Notes under the pieces: generated by a model
What the model was told of the DNA's origin: nothing
What the model saw: the letters and a program-made list of their open reading frames with translations, nothing else
Database searches by the model: none
Shown: positions 11,516-25,300 of the stretch, piece after piece
Numbering within the stretch: position 1 is the stretch's first letter
Layout: each line of letters opens with the position of its first letter
NCBI GenBank assembly: GCA_036172245.1
Contig: JAYWIR010000023.1
Location: 2,170,001-2,234,000 of the forward strand
Reading direction: 5' to 3'
Length of the DNA stretch: 64,000 nt
Origin: Raillietiella orientalis
Taxonomy: Eukaryota
Position numbers and translations under genes: made by a program

Positions 11516-14500
11516 CTACATTCTTTCGAAATATGAATTAGCACTTATGTTAATGGGTGACAATTTGTCACAAATGTTTTTATCACCAGCATTGGATTTA
11601 TGAGGAGTACTCCTGTAACATTCCTGATTACTAATGTCTCGCAAACTTTGATGATTACATGAATCATCACATGTATGAGAAGAAACTTTAGCAGAACTGC
11701 CAGGGGTCCGCGGCATTTTTGATCGTGTGACAGGAGTTGGAGGACCCGGTTTTCGGTAGCAAATGCGATGGGATTTACGAACTCCACTGGAAATGACGTC
11801 AGATGGTTCGTTTATCAGTTCTGATCTCCGTTTTCGAGTATGAAAGGCGGGTGCATCAGGTAGCTCTCTTATTCCTCTTTTCATTTCTTCCTCAGTACAT
11901 AACTCTGGACGGTGGAACTGTGTCTCAGCAGGGTAAGATGATTTCAAGTGGGGCAAGCATAATGTATTACGTCTTTTCAGTTCATTTATTCGGTCATCCT
12001 TGATAATGCTATTTTCTTCCGGTGCAGAACCCTGTAGGGTATTGAAGGATACATTTGTGAACACTTCACAGTCTTCTTCATCTTCACAAACGAACAAATG
12101 ACCTAACCCAGATGCAATCCTTAGATTAATTTTTCCTGAATTCTGCTCGTTGTGGAATCTTGAAAAATGAGAAAGTGTCATTTTGTTGGCAACTTGATGA
12201 AATGGATACTTACATTTTGGAGCGTCTTCTGCAAGTATCATTAAGTTTTTCCTTGCCTTTCTTGGAGGTTTTTAAATGATCACTGGGAGAATTCCGGTTC
12301 ATCTTCAGATTCCTTACTTTCACCTGTTCTGTTGGTGGTCGCATTGCAAGTTCCTGCATTTTGGATTTCGTACTAGATTCTAAACTCTTGGCTGCTGCTT
12401 GTTGCCTTGCATTTGGAACCATGTCACTGAGTAATTCTATCATTTTGGCTTTTGTTTCATCACATTCTCGTTCCAATGTCTGTATCTTATCCTGTGCACA
12501 GGATTGTTGAGTCTCATAATATTTTCGTTGCTGCTCATTTTCTTCCATTACTTTCCGTATCTGAGCTTCAAACATAGTAGTCAAATCTTCAAGCTTTGCA
12601 GATAAAACACAAACATGTTTTTTCTTTTCTTGCAGTTTTACTTCTAAAGCTTTAGCATTTTCTGCAAGGACTTTCTTTTCTTCTACAGCTTGACTCTTTT
12701 CATCCTACAATAAAACACCAGTGATTTCACTTGCAAACTATCAAAGATACCTTTAGTGCCTGGGCATGGGCTTGTAGCCTTTCGTTCTCAGTTTTCATGT
12801 TTCTCAGTTGTTCTTGTGCATGCAAGAGATCTGTCTTTTCCACCATCTTTAACATGTTGGATTCAAGCTTTTTACTTAAGATGCTGCTTTGCAAATGTGC
12901 TGCCTGTAGATCCTTTTCTTGTTGCATCAACTGTTGTTGTATGTCTGTCAAAGAAGCTTGCATTTCTGCAACTTTCTCACTTGCACAGCCAAGTTCGTTA
13001 CTCAAATCAGCAATTTTTTTCTGTTGCATGTTGCTTTCCTCTGCAGACTCTTTTTTCAACTGATAATGTCTCTCTTGCATCTGTTGCATAAACTGCTTAT
13101 GTTCTTGTGAAGCTCGTTCCAGTTTCCCCACCAGCAGTTCGTTTTCTTTCTTTGTTTCTCTCAGTTCTTCTTCAACAGTCCGTATTTGTTCCACTAATTG
13201 TAATTCAAGTCTTTGCATTTTTTGCAACTGGTCTTGCTGTTCTTGATTTTGCACTTGCATCTCATTGACTTTATTTTGTAGATTTGTGGCAAGCATGGAA
13301 GAGGCTATTTTGTCAGCTACTGTGGTCTGTAGCTGTTCCTGGCAGATCTTTTGCTCCTCTTTATTGGAAAGTAGATTTCTCTCCAAAGTTTTGTTATCAT
13401 TGATAGCATTATCTAGTGTATGGAGTGTTTCTTGAAGTTTCCTTTCTAAAGACGATTTGTCTGCAAAAACTACTTCCAGTTTAGCATTCAAATCTTCATG
13501 CTGTTTCTTTAACTGTTGTAGCTCATTAGACATTCTGGCTTCAGATTCCGTTTTTTGTTTCTGTGAGTCTATAACCTGATCCAGTTGTGACCTAAGATGC
13601 TTCTGACTATCTTGGTAATGTAATAATTGTTCATTTGCAGCTTCGTTTTCAGCATGGACTTTTGTTAAGTGTTCTTGCTGTTGCATCAGTTGTGATGTAA
13701 GCTGTTCATTTTCTTGTAAGAGTAGAAAGTGACTGTTTTGAATTTGTCCTTTTTGTTCAAGAGCACTTGCTAGCAGTCCCTGATTCTCCTGCAATCTAAA
13801 AGTTAATTCATCTTTCTCATCTTGCATTCTCTTATTGGCATCTTCCAGCTCTTGTTTAAGATGCATACAATTTTGCAGTACCTCATGTTGCTTCTGTAGG
13901 TCCTGTCTTAGTTGATTTTCAACATTGTGTTGGTTTTCAATAACTGTTTGAAAACTAAGCTGTTCTTCTTTGCATGTCTGGGTATGGTTCGCCATTCTTT
14001 GCAAAATCTCTTTTAACTTTAGTTCGTAACTATTTCTCACATTGATCTTGTCTTGCAGTGCTGTATCCAAGTAGCGCTGTAATCTTCGCTGCTGATTTTT
14101 TAGGTCCTGTATTAGGTTTTGATGCTCTATAAGTGAATTTTCCAGGATGCTGATGTGATCTTGCTTCTCTTGAGCTTCCTTTTCCAAACAATGGCACTTC
14201 TGCTCTAGTTCTGCACACCGATTTTGCATGAAAGATAGCTCCTGAATCTTTTCCTGATGTCTTGTTTTTTCTTCCTGCAACTCCTCAATGTGTTTAGTTT
14301 CTTGCTTTCGAACTTCTTCGATATTTTGTTTCTCCCTTTCTAATTGCTGGGTGCAATGGGTCAGATTTTCTTGCAATACTTTTACTTTTTCGTTTTCTTC
14401 CTGTAACAACTTATTCAGTTCATCCTTTAATTCCTCTTGAATCTACCATTATTTTAGTTTAATGTTGTATTTTTGCCCCCTATTACCTTACACTTCTCCT

Positions 14501-16615
14501 CGATTCGGTACACATATGCCTGCAAGCTGTCATATCTTTCCTGGACTTCCTGCAATTGTTTATCAACACATGCTTCACTCATTGTTTCTCCCATTGAGAT
14601 TTGAAGGGAACTACTATCTTCTAACCTTTGATTAGGCGCTCTTAGAAGTTCTACCTCTTGCAATAATTCCATGTTATTGCATTCCAATTGCCTTTTCTCA
14701 GACAACAGTCTTTCTTTTTGTATCTCATGTGCTTCAACAGCCTCCATGCATTCTTTGAGCATTGATTTTGTAGTCAGAAGTTCTTGAAGTTGCTTTTGTA
14801 ACTCCTCCTGCTTGCTTGTGGCCTTCAACAACTGAAATCAAACTTTCTGGTATCTGCAATTCTTTCTTACATCTTCATGTAAACTGGAAACATTTTGTTG
14901 TAATAGCCAGTTTTCTTGTTTGAGATCATGTTGCTCAGCTTGTAAACGTATGAGGATTTTTTCTTTCGCTTGAAATGCTTCGCACTGGCGTTGAGCTTCA
15001 AGCAGTTTAAGCTCTAGATGTTCTTTTATGCTTTCGATCTCACGCTTTTTAACGTCTTGTTGACTCAGACTGCTTTCTTCCAAAAGAAAAAAAAAATGAA
15101 ATTGAACACTCTCTTGATGTTTCACTTACTCAGTAACGATATTTCTTCTTTTGCATCGTCAAAATGCTTCTGTAGTACATCCACTTCCTTATGGGCCTCC
15201 AACAATTGATCCTGTAACTTCCGAATAAAATCACTTGTTCGTTTCTCCTGTTGTTTTTGTTGAAAATTGGGACTCTTGGTTTAATTGGTGATCAATATTA
15301 TTACATGACAGAGAAGGTGGCTTACCTCTATTAGTTTTTGCAAAGGGGACTGAGAAACACAGCTATAGAAAGCATTTTTTGCCATCTCTGGAAAGCTTCC
15401 TTCAATATCTGAAACTAAGGTTTGCAAAGTGAAATAAGCTGACATTTAATTACTGCTGCAATCACATAAAATGGTATGCAAATCTTGAACAGTTAAACTG
15501 CTTCCTTTTTTCTGGATTCCCTTCATTGCTGTTTCAATAACTACTTGGCACTGATTACTAAGCTTTGTCATTGGATGAACAAGCACCCATTCCTTAATTT
15601 CTGTAAATAATAAAAACAACAGAAGCACACACAGTTTAACTATTTCTATCGTGTTTCCCTCTATAATCTTGTCCACATCCAACAAATTCCTATCAAAATA
15701 TTCTAAAAAACAAGTCAGACTCAAAAGATATCCACACTCACGAGATATCCAGTGCTCAATCTTTGTATATATGCATCGGGGTGTCAAGCTGTCACTTTCG
15801 GTTACTTTAAGATGAAGACTGGAATGAGACTTGAATACTAGTGATGGTTGTGAAGTATGACTTACCACTTTTGATACAATTCATGCAGATGCTTTCCATC
15901 CTGAAGCTCTGCAAGACAGTTGATTGGTTTGTGAAGACCCATGCAGTTGATCTATAAGGTACAACACCAACATGAAAAACTATACAGCAATGAAGATTTC
16001 TCTCTTAAAGCATCTTATGATACATTTTTGAACTTGTGCACAGCATGTGGCTTGCATATTTAAAAATGCCTTTTTATTAGTAGTAATAGGAATCAGTTAT
16101 CAACAATCCTTCACAGAATGAAATAACAAATATTTTACTCAAATTGCCCATACATATCATTGTATTGGCTTGCAGTGCATGGAAGGCATATTGGAAATAG
16201 AAAGTTATTAGAGATATGACATGCAGTTGATGCACTATGGACAGAAATCACTACCACTACCAGCAACAATAGTCATTTTGGATCTTTTGGCACATCTGCC
16301 AACAATGTTTCCAATATAGATAATTTTTCAAGGCAGACATATTTCCCATGAAGGCTTTGAAACATAAAGAAAATAACTACATATACTCTAACAACAGTCT
16401 GCAGAAGTTTGCAACAGAGCAAACTATTGATATCAATTGTTTCAACAAAACTAAAGAATGAAAACTACTTTAATACTGTCTGCTAATAGTCTTAGGTTCA
16501 GTCCAAAATTTACCCATTCAATCAAGTAAGTCTCAATTCTGATCACACTTTTTCTGAACTTGCAAGGTATCTTCTTAGGTGTGATTGAGCAAAACATCCT
16601 TAGCTGATTCAACAT
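11516..16615 (-). CDS. mud: Mushroom body defect / NuMA-like spindle coiled-coil protein (about 1372 aa model)
   Basis: Exons: 16615-16514, 15951-15866, 15818-15742, 15702-15454, 15408-15326, 15274-15130, 15076-14871, 14831-14487, 14442-12751, 12704-12214, 12158-11516. All GT-AG with consistent phases. N-terminal LIEWINCM...LAELQDG resembles the NuMA hook/CH start; SPLQKLIESPNFQ resembles NuMA SPMGDILQTPQFQ; a long Q/E/K/L coiled coil follows; the C-terminal NLM motif is LFVCEDEE...RINELKRRNTLCLPHLKSSYPAETQF. Extra terminal exons are possible. Confidence 0.85.
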
Positions 16616-19325
16616 TTCTGAAAAACCAAATGAAGGTTTAATTAATTAGAGCAGTCAAATTATTATTTTCACAAAATATGATGCATAAACAAAAGATGAG
16701 TAAAACTTCCGAGCGATATGTGCAAACATTTTATTCATATTTACTCTTGAAAATACCTACCATTTATAAATTGGTTCAAATTACAATTCAGTGATTCAAC
16801 CACAAGTCAATTCCTGAGATCTAGCCTTGAATGCATGAATGGTAAGGCAAAGAGAGAAGATTAAACAATATATTTTCGATGCCTGCTAATCAGAAGTACA
16901 ATGTATTTTCAGTATGTAGGAAGTTTGCGAACCACATTAAAATATTTGTAAAAACACCTTCATTTACCATACTCTAAAATTGCAGTTGGTGTGTAACAAC
17001 CTGGTATTTAATTAATAAGGTTTCATATAATTTGTAAATGCAGTAATGGGAGTCGATATGGGTATAGGCGTATGAATGTGTGGTATTTGAATTTGATACT
17101 CTAATTTACAGCTTCCTTTCATATTCTACCATTCAATTTTTGATGCTGCTACGTTAAATGATTATTTCATCACTTTTACAGAACTATAAAATTTGCAAAA
17201 TATCATGTTTTTGAGCTCGATGACTTCAAAAACCTTACAATTCAAATATTTCACTAATTTATATCGATTTAAATTTAGTATGAGCACAGGTTTTTGCTAA
17301 TTGCATGATGTAATTTTAGTAGCATCAAGCTAGTTTTGTTTGCTAGTGCAAACAAACATCTCGTCACTCCATACATCACTTTGAAAGCATTGGCAGAGAT
17401 TAAGAATTCGGAGATTTCGGGATATTACATGTAATCATCAACCAATGCATCTGGCTTAGTGAAAACTTCAGACCTTATGATTTTTTTTGTATGTCTGTTA
17501 TATGTTCTTTCAGGAACTCCTAAAATGGAACCAGCTATACATGAGAAGGAACCAAGTAAACAAGCAAATCCAGTGGAACATAAACTTATACTTTAGTCGA
17601 AAATTAAGGAAACATGTGCATTGAAGTAGGCATCAAACGAAGTAATACCTTACAGTTTTAATAATCACTTACAATAATGACTTAGTCCGATTCCAAAACG
17701 TCCTTCTTTCCTTTTTTTACTGCCCATTAGCACGAAATAAACGCAGAAAAGTTTCTCTCATTTATGACTGCAACGCATTCCAGTAAACCAATTCAAAAAC
17801 ACTTCTTGTGTCGTCATGAAGTTTCGAGCAATAGATTGGTTCTTTTAGCAACGTCACTTTAGACACGAATTGTTTAACACTCTTCCCACACTGATTTCGG
17901 TACTTAGTGTAATAACGTGATCGACTAATAAAATGTTAACAGGTAAAAAGGGTGAAATTAATACAATCAAATCGATTAAATGGGTAACATCACTTGAACA
18001 TTGTGTATTTGTGTATGTTATATTATTATTTTTTTTACTCTTTTAGAGGTTTAGTTTTGAAGGTTTTAGGTTTGAAGCTATTACAAAAGTCAAGTTTTTC
18101 AGGTATTCAGAATAAAAAAAAGAGAGATTGGAGAATATTATTAATGAAATTACTCATTAATATTGAAAAATATTCACTATCCTTTCTCATCTGCTTTATT
18201 TTGATATCTGTTGTTAAAACTATAAGCGCTCTATAAAACCTGTTACAAGTGCCAAAAATCCTCCCAGAGCTTGATGCCAACTCAGGCAACCGGAGAAATT
18301 CAGGAGATAGTCACCAAGGGTTGTTTGTTTTTAACAACACCAGATTCGTTTTCAAGAAGAATATGGTCAGCATGTTTAATGTAGTTTTGTAACAGTCAGT
18401 ATGAAACTTCAGCTTTCTGGTAAATAATCCAACCGAAAAGCGTAGACTGATAAAACAGAAATTACAAAGAAAATCGTAATGCATATTTTCAATTTAATCA
18501 TCGGAGAAAAGGTAAAACTTTTTCTTTTCTTATTTTCCATTTTGGAGACATCTTTTATCATCATTTCTTCGTTCTTTCCCTGTCTTTGTTTGCATAGTCC
18601 AAGAGTCGGGTTTCAAGCCGGTAACTCACCTATCAATGAAGTTTTCTTCTTGGAGCTTATTCACGATTTGTCTTCATTCTTCACGGCATTTTTTGTTATG
18701 ATGAATGTTCGATGCTTGCGATAATGCTTTCGGGCCTCTTGTTGTGTCTCTAGGCTTTCAAGATCGCTGCTGTTAGTCGATCAGAGTTCGAATTCTTGCT
18801 GGATGTTATGTGTTCTCTCTGCTGAAGAAAATCGGAGTTAATCATCTTGGATCTCGGGGTCGAGATCTTGTAAAGGGGCCTTCCTGCCTTATCTCTCGCT
18901 CGACCATTCATCCGTTGAAAAACTGCTCTTAAACGCTCTAGATCGATCATCGGGTACATCTCGTTTCATTGTCTAGCTTCTCTCATCTTGAGATTCATTC
19001 TCAGAAGCAGCGAATTCAGAGATATCCTTCCCAGGTGTTTCCCAACTTTTTCCCTTCTGCCTCTAGAACTCCCCATTTCCTGAGTTTTCCCGAGTGGCCA
19101 CCAGTCTCGAAAGAGACCGAGCGACGCTGATGTTAAAGCTTGCGGGATCTGGAATTTCAGAGCGCCATGAGCCTCCGGTAAAATCTCTCACAAGGTGAAA
19201 GCATTGTCCCTGACATTTTCATGCAAGAGACTTCTTTCTATCTAGCTGAGTTGTCAATCGTGGGAGGCTGCAAACCTCCCTTTCTCCCCCTCCCCCACAC
19301 ACATACACCGTATTAGTAAAAAGAA

Positions 19326-19398
19326 AGCCTTGCTCACGGGCAGTATCATAGGCGAGGAAAGCGACTGAGCCGTGATTATTGCTAGTTGAAAACTTTAC
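19326..19398 (+). pseudogene. U4: U4 snRNA 5'-half retrocopy (3'-truncated) flanked by 16-bp target-site duplication
   Basis: AGCCTTGCTCACGGGCAGTATCATAGGCGAGGAAAGCGACTGAGCCGTGATTATTGCTAGTTGAAAACTTT aligns with U4 nt 1-72 (AGCUUUGCGCAGUGGCAGUAUCGUAGCC...GGCGCGAUUAUUGCUAAUUGAAAACUUU). Direct repeat CGTATTAGTAAAAAGA at 19309-19324 and 19401-19416. No Sm site or 3' stem-loops. Confidence 0.85.
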
Positions 19399-22300
19399 AT
19401 CGTATTAGTAAAAAGACGACGGTTTTGGGAGAGAGGGTTGTCACCTTGTGAACAGGAAGATCTCTGAAGACGGAAGGGGGAGGTGAAGGTTGGTTCTTGC
19501 ATGCGATCCTGCGCGTACTCCGAGTTGAATCTCTGTGACCGTCCCTCTTTCGGAGGAAGCAAGGGGGGAGAATGGATGAGGGCAATGGCTATTCCAAAGA
19601 CGATGCGGACTCTGCACTCGGTCGCTCCGGAACCCTCAAAAGGAGGACATGTGGGGCGGTTCAGTGCGTGACTCTTGGCTTTGGCGACTAGTTCCTGGAA
19701 TGAGACAGGAAGGTCAACACTTCCTCCCTCCTCTGTTCTGCTCTGTTTCTTCGCCTCAAGCGCTCTCTTCTCCTGCCACCCCTTGTGTTCGTGGCTTTGA
19801 TAGCCCGTGGGTCTGGCTGTGCCAGTTGCAATCGGGAGGAGTCTGAGGCGACAAGCGAGGGCTGCCGACGTTTCCCCCATGTTTCTCAGGCAAACTCCTA
19901 GTCCTCCGCGATTTCTAAGTGCATTCTCCTCCTCCTCCTCTTCCTCTTCTGATTCCTCTTCAGGCTCTGGATCACAGGTCATCCGCTTTCCGTCCGGGGA
20001 CAGAGATGGGCACTGCTATGCACGCTCACTCACGGGTGCATGCTCGTGCGCGTTTTCCTTTCGCAAGGGCGCCAGCCGACTCTCTCGGCGTCAAGCCCAT
20101 GGGTTTGCTCTCCCTCCTCCTCCTCCTTCTCAGCCGTGGGGCTGACCCTTGTAGTCCTTGTTCTAAGGGGACCGACGCCGCGGATCCTGGGGACTCTTAC
20201 GGGTGACCGAGGAGGATTCACCTTCTACCGCCCCCGTTTCCTCTGTGCCGGTGCATGCGACACGCAGCAGCTCCCCAATTCCTTCCCAGAAAGGGAAGAC
20301 CCGGTCATCAATGCCGCTCGCCGGGTCAGGAGGGAGACTTAGCCATGAAAGTGGTTCGGAAGGGGAGATGGAGGAGCTGAGGGCGGACAAGCAGCAAGCT
20401 TCCCGAGGTCTGCTCATGGATCGCTCGGGACTGTCAAGAAGGAGTTGGGGCGGAAGCAGTGGTTTAGCCCCTACAGTCCTCCCCACACTGCAACTGTGTC
20501 CTCTTTCTCCCTTTCGCTCCGGAGGGTCTGCGAGACCCTAGAAGCTTCTTTTGCAGCTTCCCTCTCAGGGAGCTTCCTTCTTTTTCTTTCCCTACTGTTA
20601 ATCCTCCGAGAGGTGTCTGGAAGGGTGCCTTCGCGAACGTTTGGGCAGTGAGTGAGGAGAGAGGGAGCCACGGTGGCTACGGCAAGGAGTTCCGGGAGTA
20701 GTGAAGAGAGGTAACGAGAGAGGCTACCCTTTGGCATCTCGGAGGAACCGGAAGGTCGATGGATCTCAGAAGCCGGCAGAGAGCCAGCGACTGGACCCCC
20801 TCAGGGCAACGCAGCCAGCAGAAGAGACACAGTAGGGGAGGGGGGAAGCGCAGACGGGCTTTGCAAGCGGAGGGTTTCCCTGTTTCCCCAGTTCTTTCTC
20901 CGGAAAAAAGCGCGGAAGGGGCTATTGCGCGACCCTCTTTTCTCCACCTCTCGCCTTGCTTCACCGCTCCCTTGCTCTCCGGTCGAGAGGAAGTGCACCA
21001 CCGCCTTGGGGGACGCGAATCAGCCAAGATGGAGCTCCCCTTCTCCCTGAAGTCTTTTGCCTGTTTTTTCACCGCGTCCCCTTTCCCTTGCGACTCCCTT
21101 TGGAGCACCGTAAAGTCCGTGTCCGTTTTCTCCGACTCCATGTGCGCGTAGCTCCTGCAGGGGTGGGAACCCCTGGCCTCGCTTCACCCACTTTGAGTAC
21201 TCTCTAATTCACATGGATTTGAGCCTTTTCACTCCATTCCTTCTCCCTCGTTGCCTGCGCTTGCGGTGTGGAGGAGGAGGAGTCCTGCAGCTGGCGCGTG
21301 CCAGACAATGAGGTCAGCGCCATGACAAGCTGACCCAACGAGCTGTTCGCATGATTCTCCATCGTCTTTCCCCCATCACAGGAGGCTGGAGTTTGAATTG
21401 CTCTCTGAGCTAAGATCTCTATCTCCCTGCACCAAGTGGTCAGCACCAGAAGGCAGCATCAGAAAGATGTCTTCTGACCAAGGCTAATCCGTTCGGATGC
21501 TCAAGAGCAGGGCGTTGGCCTTTTGTTCCCCCTCCACATCCTGGGGAAGTTGCCTAGGATTCTTCAATCCTGTCGATAGAGATATGGCGGTTTGGACTGT
21601 TGAATCTTTCTGTACAAGACGTACCGAAGCGTGTGGGAGGGCCATTGGAGGAGAGGGAGGATAGAAGTGCTCCCATTGGAGTCCCACGGCAGATGCCTGT
21701 GTTCCTGAGTGTTCACATCCCCGTGGAGGTCAAGCGGTGTGCCGGCGCTGCCCGCATTCTTGCATAGGGCCTCCCCGGGGAATGTTCTAGGAGTGAGTCC
21801 ATCCTTCATCAGCTGCTGCTAACAGCTGAATGTGCCCCTGCCTAGCGGAACGGTCTCCTCCCACCTAGGATTCGGCTCCTTCTCTAAGTGCAGGAAGCAG
21901 CACTCCTAGCAAAGGGAGAGGCTTTGAAAGCCATTGTCGGGCCTCCCATACTCATCTCCCTTAGAATTTTTCATTCTCAGGCTTCTAAGTGCCCTTCCTG
22001 ACAAGCCATCCACATACAGGAGGGGCAGGCAAAGAAAATGGAATGGCTCTACGACGAAGATCCGCTTTCCTATCACTGTGAGCAAGAAAGAAGCTGCTTC
22101 TGAGTAAGGGAGGGTAACCAGGGGTAGCTTTGGAAACATAGCTCGATTTCTCTCCTAGGAAAAAATCCGTCCCCGCCCTCTGAGATTAGAACAGAGAACG
22201 ACTCTCCTCCTGGTAAAAATATGCCTCTGGTGCCTCTGGCAAGTGTCTACGCTAGACTCTGAAAATCATCTGAGAATCTACGCTAGGTGTGGAAGGCTAG

Positions 22301-25300
22301 GGTGAGGAAGGTTGGATCAGAGTGTGTAATGTGCTGCGTATGCAGGTGGATGCACATGTGGACATCCTGCTCTGGGCAGCAGGAGCAGAGACTCAGCTTC
22401 TGAGAGGAATTGCCCCAACCTGGCAACTGATTTTGGGATGCCTTAACTGAGAACAGTATGTGGATACACCCAATAGCTATGTGACTATCCTATGGCATGC
22501 ATTCGATCCAGATGCAGCCACTGAGATGAACCTATGCAAATTTCCATCTACATGCCTACTATCACGTGCAGTGGACAATGTCCTCTCTTCACAATCCGGT
22601 GAATCTATTCAGAGCGGCGCCTCAGCGATGTGGTTTATTATCTGGAGAATTTTTGCCACCTCTCCGTTCCAAATGAGAACGGAACGTGTCGATCTGACCC
22701 CTGACTATGCTTGGTTAAAGACACTAACTCTGTTCCAAGCAAAACTTTCTCTTGTAAGCACAGTGTATCGGGTCCATACTCCACACTCGACGCAGACATC
22801 TTTTTGAGGAATGAATCACATCGTAGTCATTGTGGACGCAGTCATTCATTTTGAAAGACCGCAAGAGTCCGTATCATTCGAGCACTCTTGACGTGGCGGA
22901 TACATGACATTCTGTTGCTGAGTGGATCCACTCTCGGGGACTGCTTGGTTTGTGGCAGAGACATTGCCGCTGGCTCCTTCGGCATGTGGAGTTCTCAAGC
23001 TGATGCCTTTTCGAGAGGAATGTGGTTTAGCCGATTCAGGAAAGGCATTCTTGCAGAGGTCATGGAACATCCCACACTTGAGCTCACTTTGCTCCTTCAA
23101 TGGCGCCTTTCTCCTCGCCACTTGAGGAGTGCAGCCCTCTCACTATTTGCCAGTTGTTTGTCGCTTCCTCTAATGCTCAGGAGACTGCCTGACTATCAGA
23201 AAGCATCGAAGGTCAAGTTCGACTTCAACGTGATTCTCAGAAGGTCTTTGTTTAACCCCATGGGATGCCTTTATCCCCTCCCCCCTTCTCACATAGAGTG
23301 AGTCAGACGTTCCTTTCTTTCTTTCTTTCTTTTTTTTATCGTGAGACGATTTCATAAAATTTAGTATTTCTTTGCTCTTCCATAGCATTTAACGTTTCCT
23401 TACACTTGTCTCAAATTTTCCAAACACCTGCTCAGCCTGCATTTGGCTGTGGCTCATTCGTTTCTTTGCCGTGTACATTAGTGTCAACTCGCTCCAGGGA
23501 GGAACCATTGAAGATTAAACTCTTGAGACTGCACTGTGTCTACATGGAAAGTAGCCTCCGTGCTTGGGGAAACTTTTGTAATGAACACATGCACTTTGCT
23601 ACATATATTTGTAGAAAACACCATGTGTGTGTGCACATACATGCGTACTTCATTATGTATGCATGTAGGCAGCTCCATGTACATATGAGCACAATGCCAC
23701 GTGCCGCGTAGGTGAAGACACCATGCAGTGTACTACACATGTGTGATGTAACAATAAAGAAATTAATTGTATGTAAAAGCCCCCAAATCTGTAGGGTTTT
23801 TTTTTCTTCTCTTGTGGCTAAGCTACTGAGGCTGACATGCGGAAAAGTCCACCTCTGTGTCAAGATTGTAAAAAAGAAAAAAGCAAGGCAACGATGAGGA
23901 AGATCTTGGGAAATAACGAAGCAGAGACCTCTGGAACACAGTCGATGTTGTGCTGGAGTTGAACATTCGCTTCCTAAAACGCTAGACACATGATTATTAG
24001 CTCATATGAACCATCGAGTAAAATGCTTTCTTGTAAATCTAAGAAATCTATGACAATGAGGAACCATCATGTTCTGCAAGTCCACCAACTCGGGCTTCTT
24101 GGTTGCTGAAATCTTCCGTTTTGCTATCCTGAGACCCTCTGACGGCGGTGCTGAGGATCCTCGTTACGCATCTTACCAAAAGATGAAAGCAAAAGCGATG
24201 ACTTTTTTTTTGGTCCTCCATCTGCATCAATAGAGTGCGCCCTGACATGTGATCAAACAGCTGGTACAAGAGCTGCGATGAGAAACTTTTGTCTCGAGTA
24301 AAGAGTAAATATTCTGCATCTATCCAATATTCCTTGCAACAGCTACACACCTTAAACGGGAATGCAGGTGCACGCTTCAAATGGGAAAATTCTGGGGATC
24401 TTCTGAGATGATGGGAGCCGTCACTTCGACGAGTTAAAGCTCTTAAGACACGAAAAATTTCGTTCGAATTGAAACTTTCGTTCTGTTTTCTTGTTTCTGG
24501 GACAGTGATTGGTGCACGTTAAGTCTTCCTGCTTGTTTACGATCTTTTCCGTTTGCATCAACCTTTGAAAACTTATCACCAACTCTTCCGGAATCCGCAT
24601 TGCACAGACCGCACTTTTCTGGCGCGTAGCTTCTCTAGAGTGATACCTCTCCTCCTCGACTGAAGGGGTTGTCTATGAGCAGTTCTGAGAATCCGGGATC
24701 ATTCTAGAGGGGCATATATAGCTTCTACTTAGCGGCTTTTAACCTTAAGCGAGTTGAAAAGCCTGTGCAGTTGGAACACAAAAGCAAGAGGAGAATGGGT
24801 ACGTGTAAGCACCAGTGTTGCAAGAGAAGTCCCTCTTACGTCAGAGACGGACTTATGCAACACCTTCTCCAACCCTTGAATTCAGATGCCGGAAAACCAA
24901 AGCTCCGTGAGAGCTGCAGCCTGGGACGCGCGACATCGACCGTTGCTGCAGCCCGGGGATGTGAAATGAGCTAAGGGGGCATCGTTTCCTTTTCTCTTGC
25001 GAGATTAAGTTCCTGCGTGCAGTCGTTCCATCACCCTGCCTTAGATCTCAGGGATCCCATGCAACGTCCGCCCAGGAATCCGCGCGTTCGGAGCTTTCGC
25101 TTGCCCTTTGAGGGCACCGCAGGTGTACGCCGGTTTGGCATGCCCGCCGTGCAAGAACGGACAGCGCCTCCTTCCTGCGAACGAACTCGTAAGTCCTCGC
25201 GGTGCTTCTCACAACGCGATCTTCGCCGAAGAAACCCCGTCTCGTGGCGCACTTTTCAAACGCTGGCGCCAAGCGCTATCAAAGGAACCACGCAACCTTC

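Noticed and set aside
18460..19100. hAT-like transposase C-terminus on the minus strand
   Set aside because: Only a vague resemblance across frameshifts, with no diagnostic ERxFS motif.
21700..22140. LINE ORF1 remnant on the minus strand
   Set aside because: No intact CCHC knuckle; the similarity is impressionistic.
22846..23300. DIRS-type tyrosine recombinase remnant (AFPESAKPHSSRK)
   Set aside because: Only an HSxR-like word matches; the downstream W and Y catalytic positions were not found.
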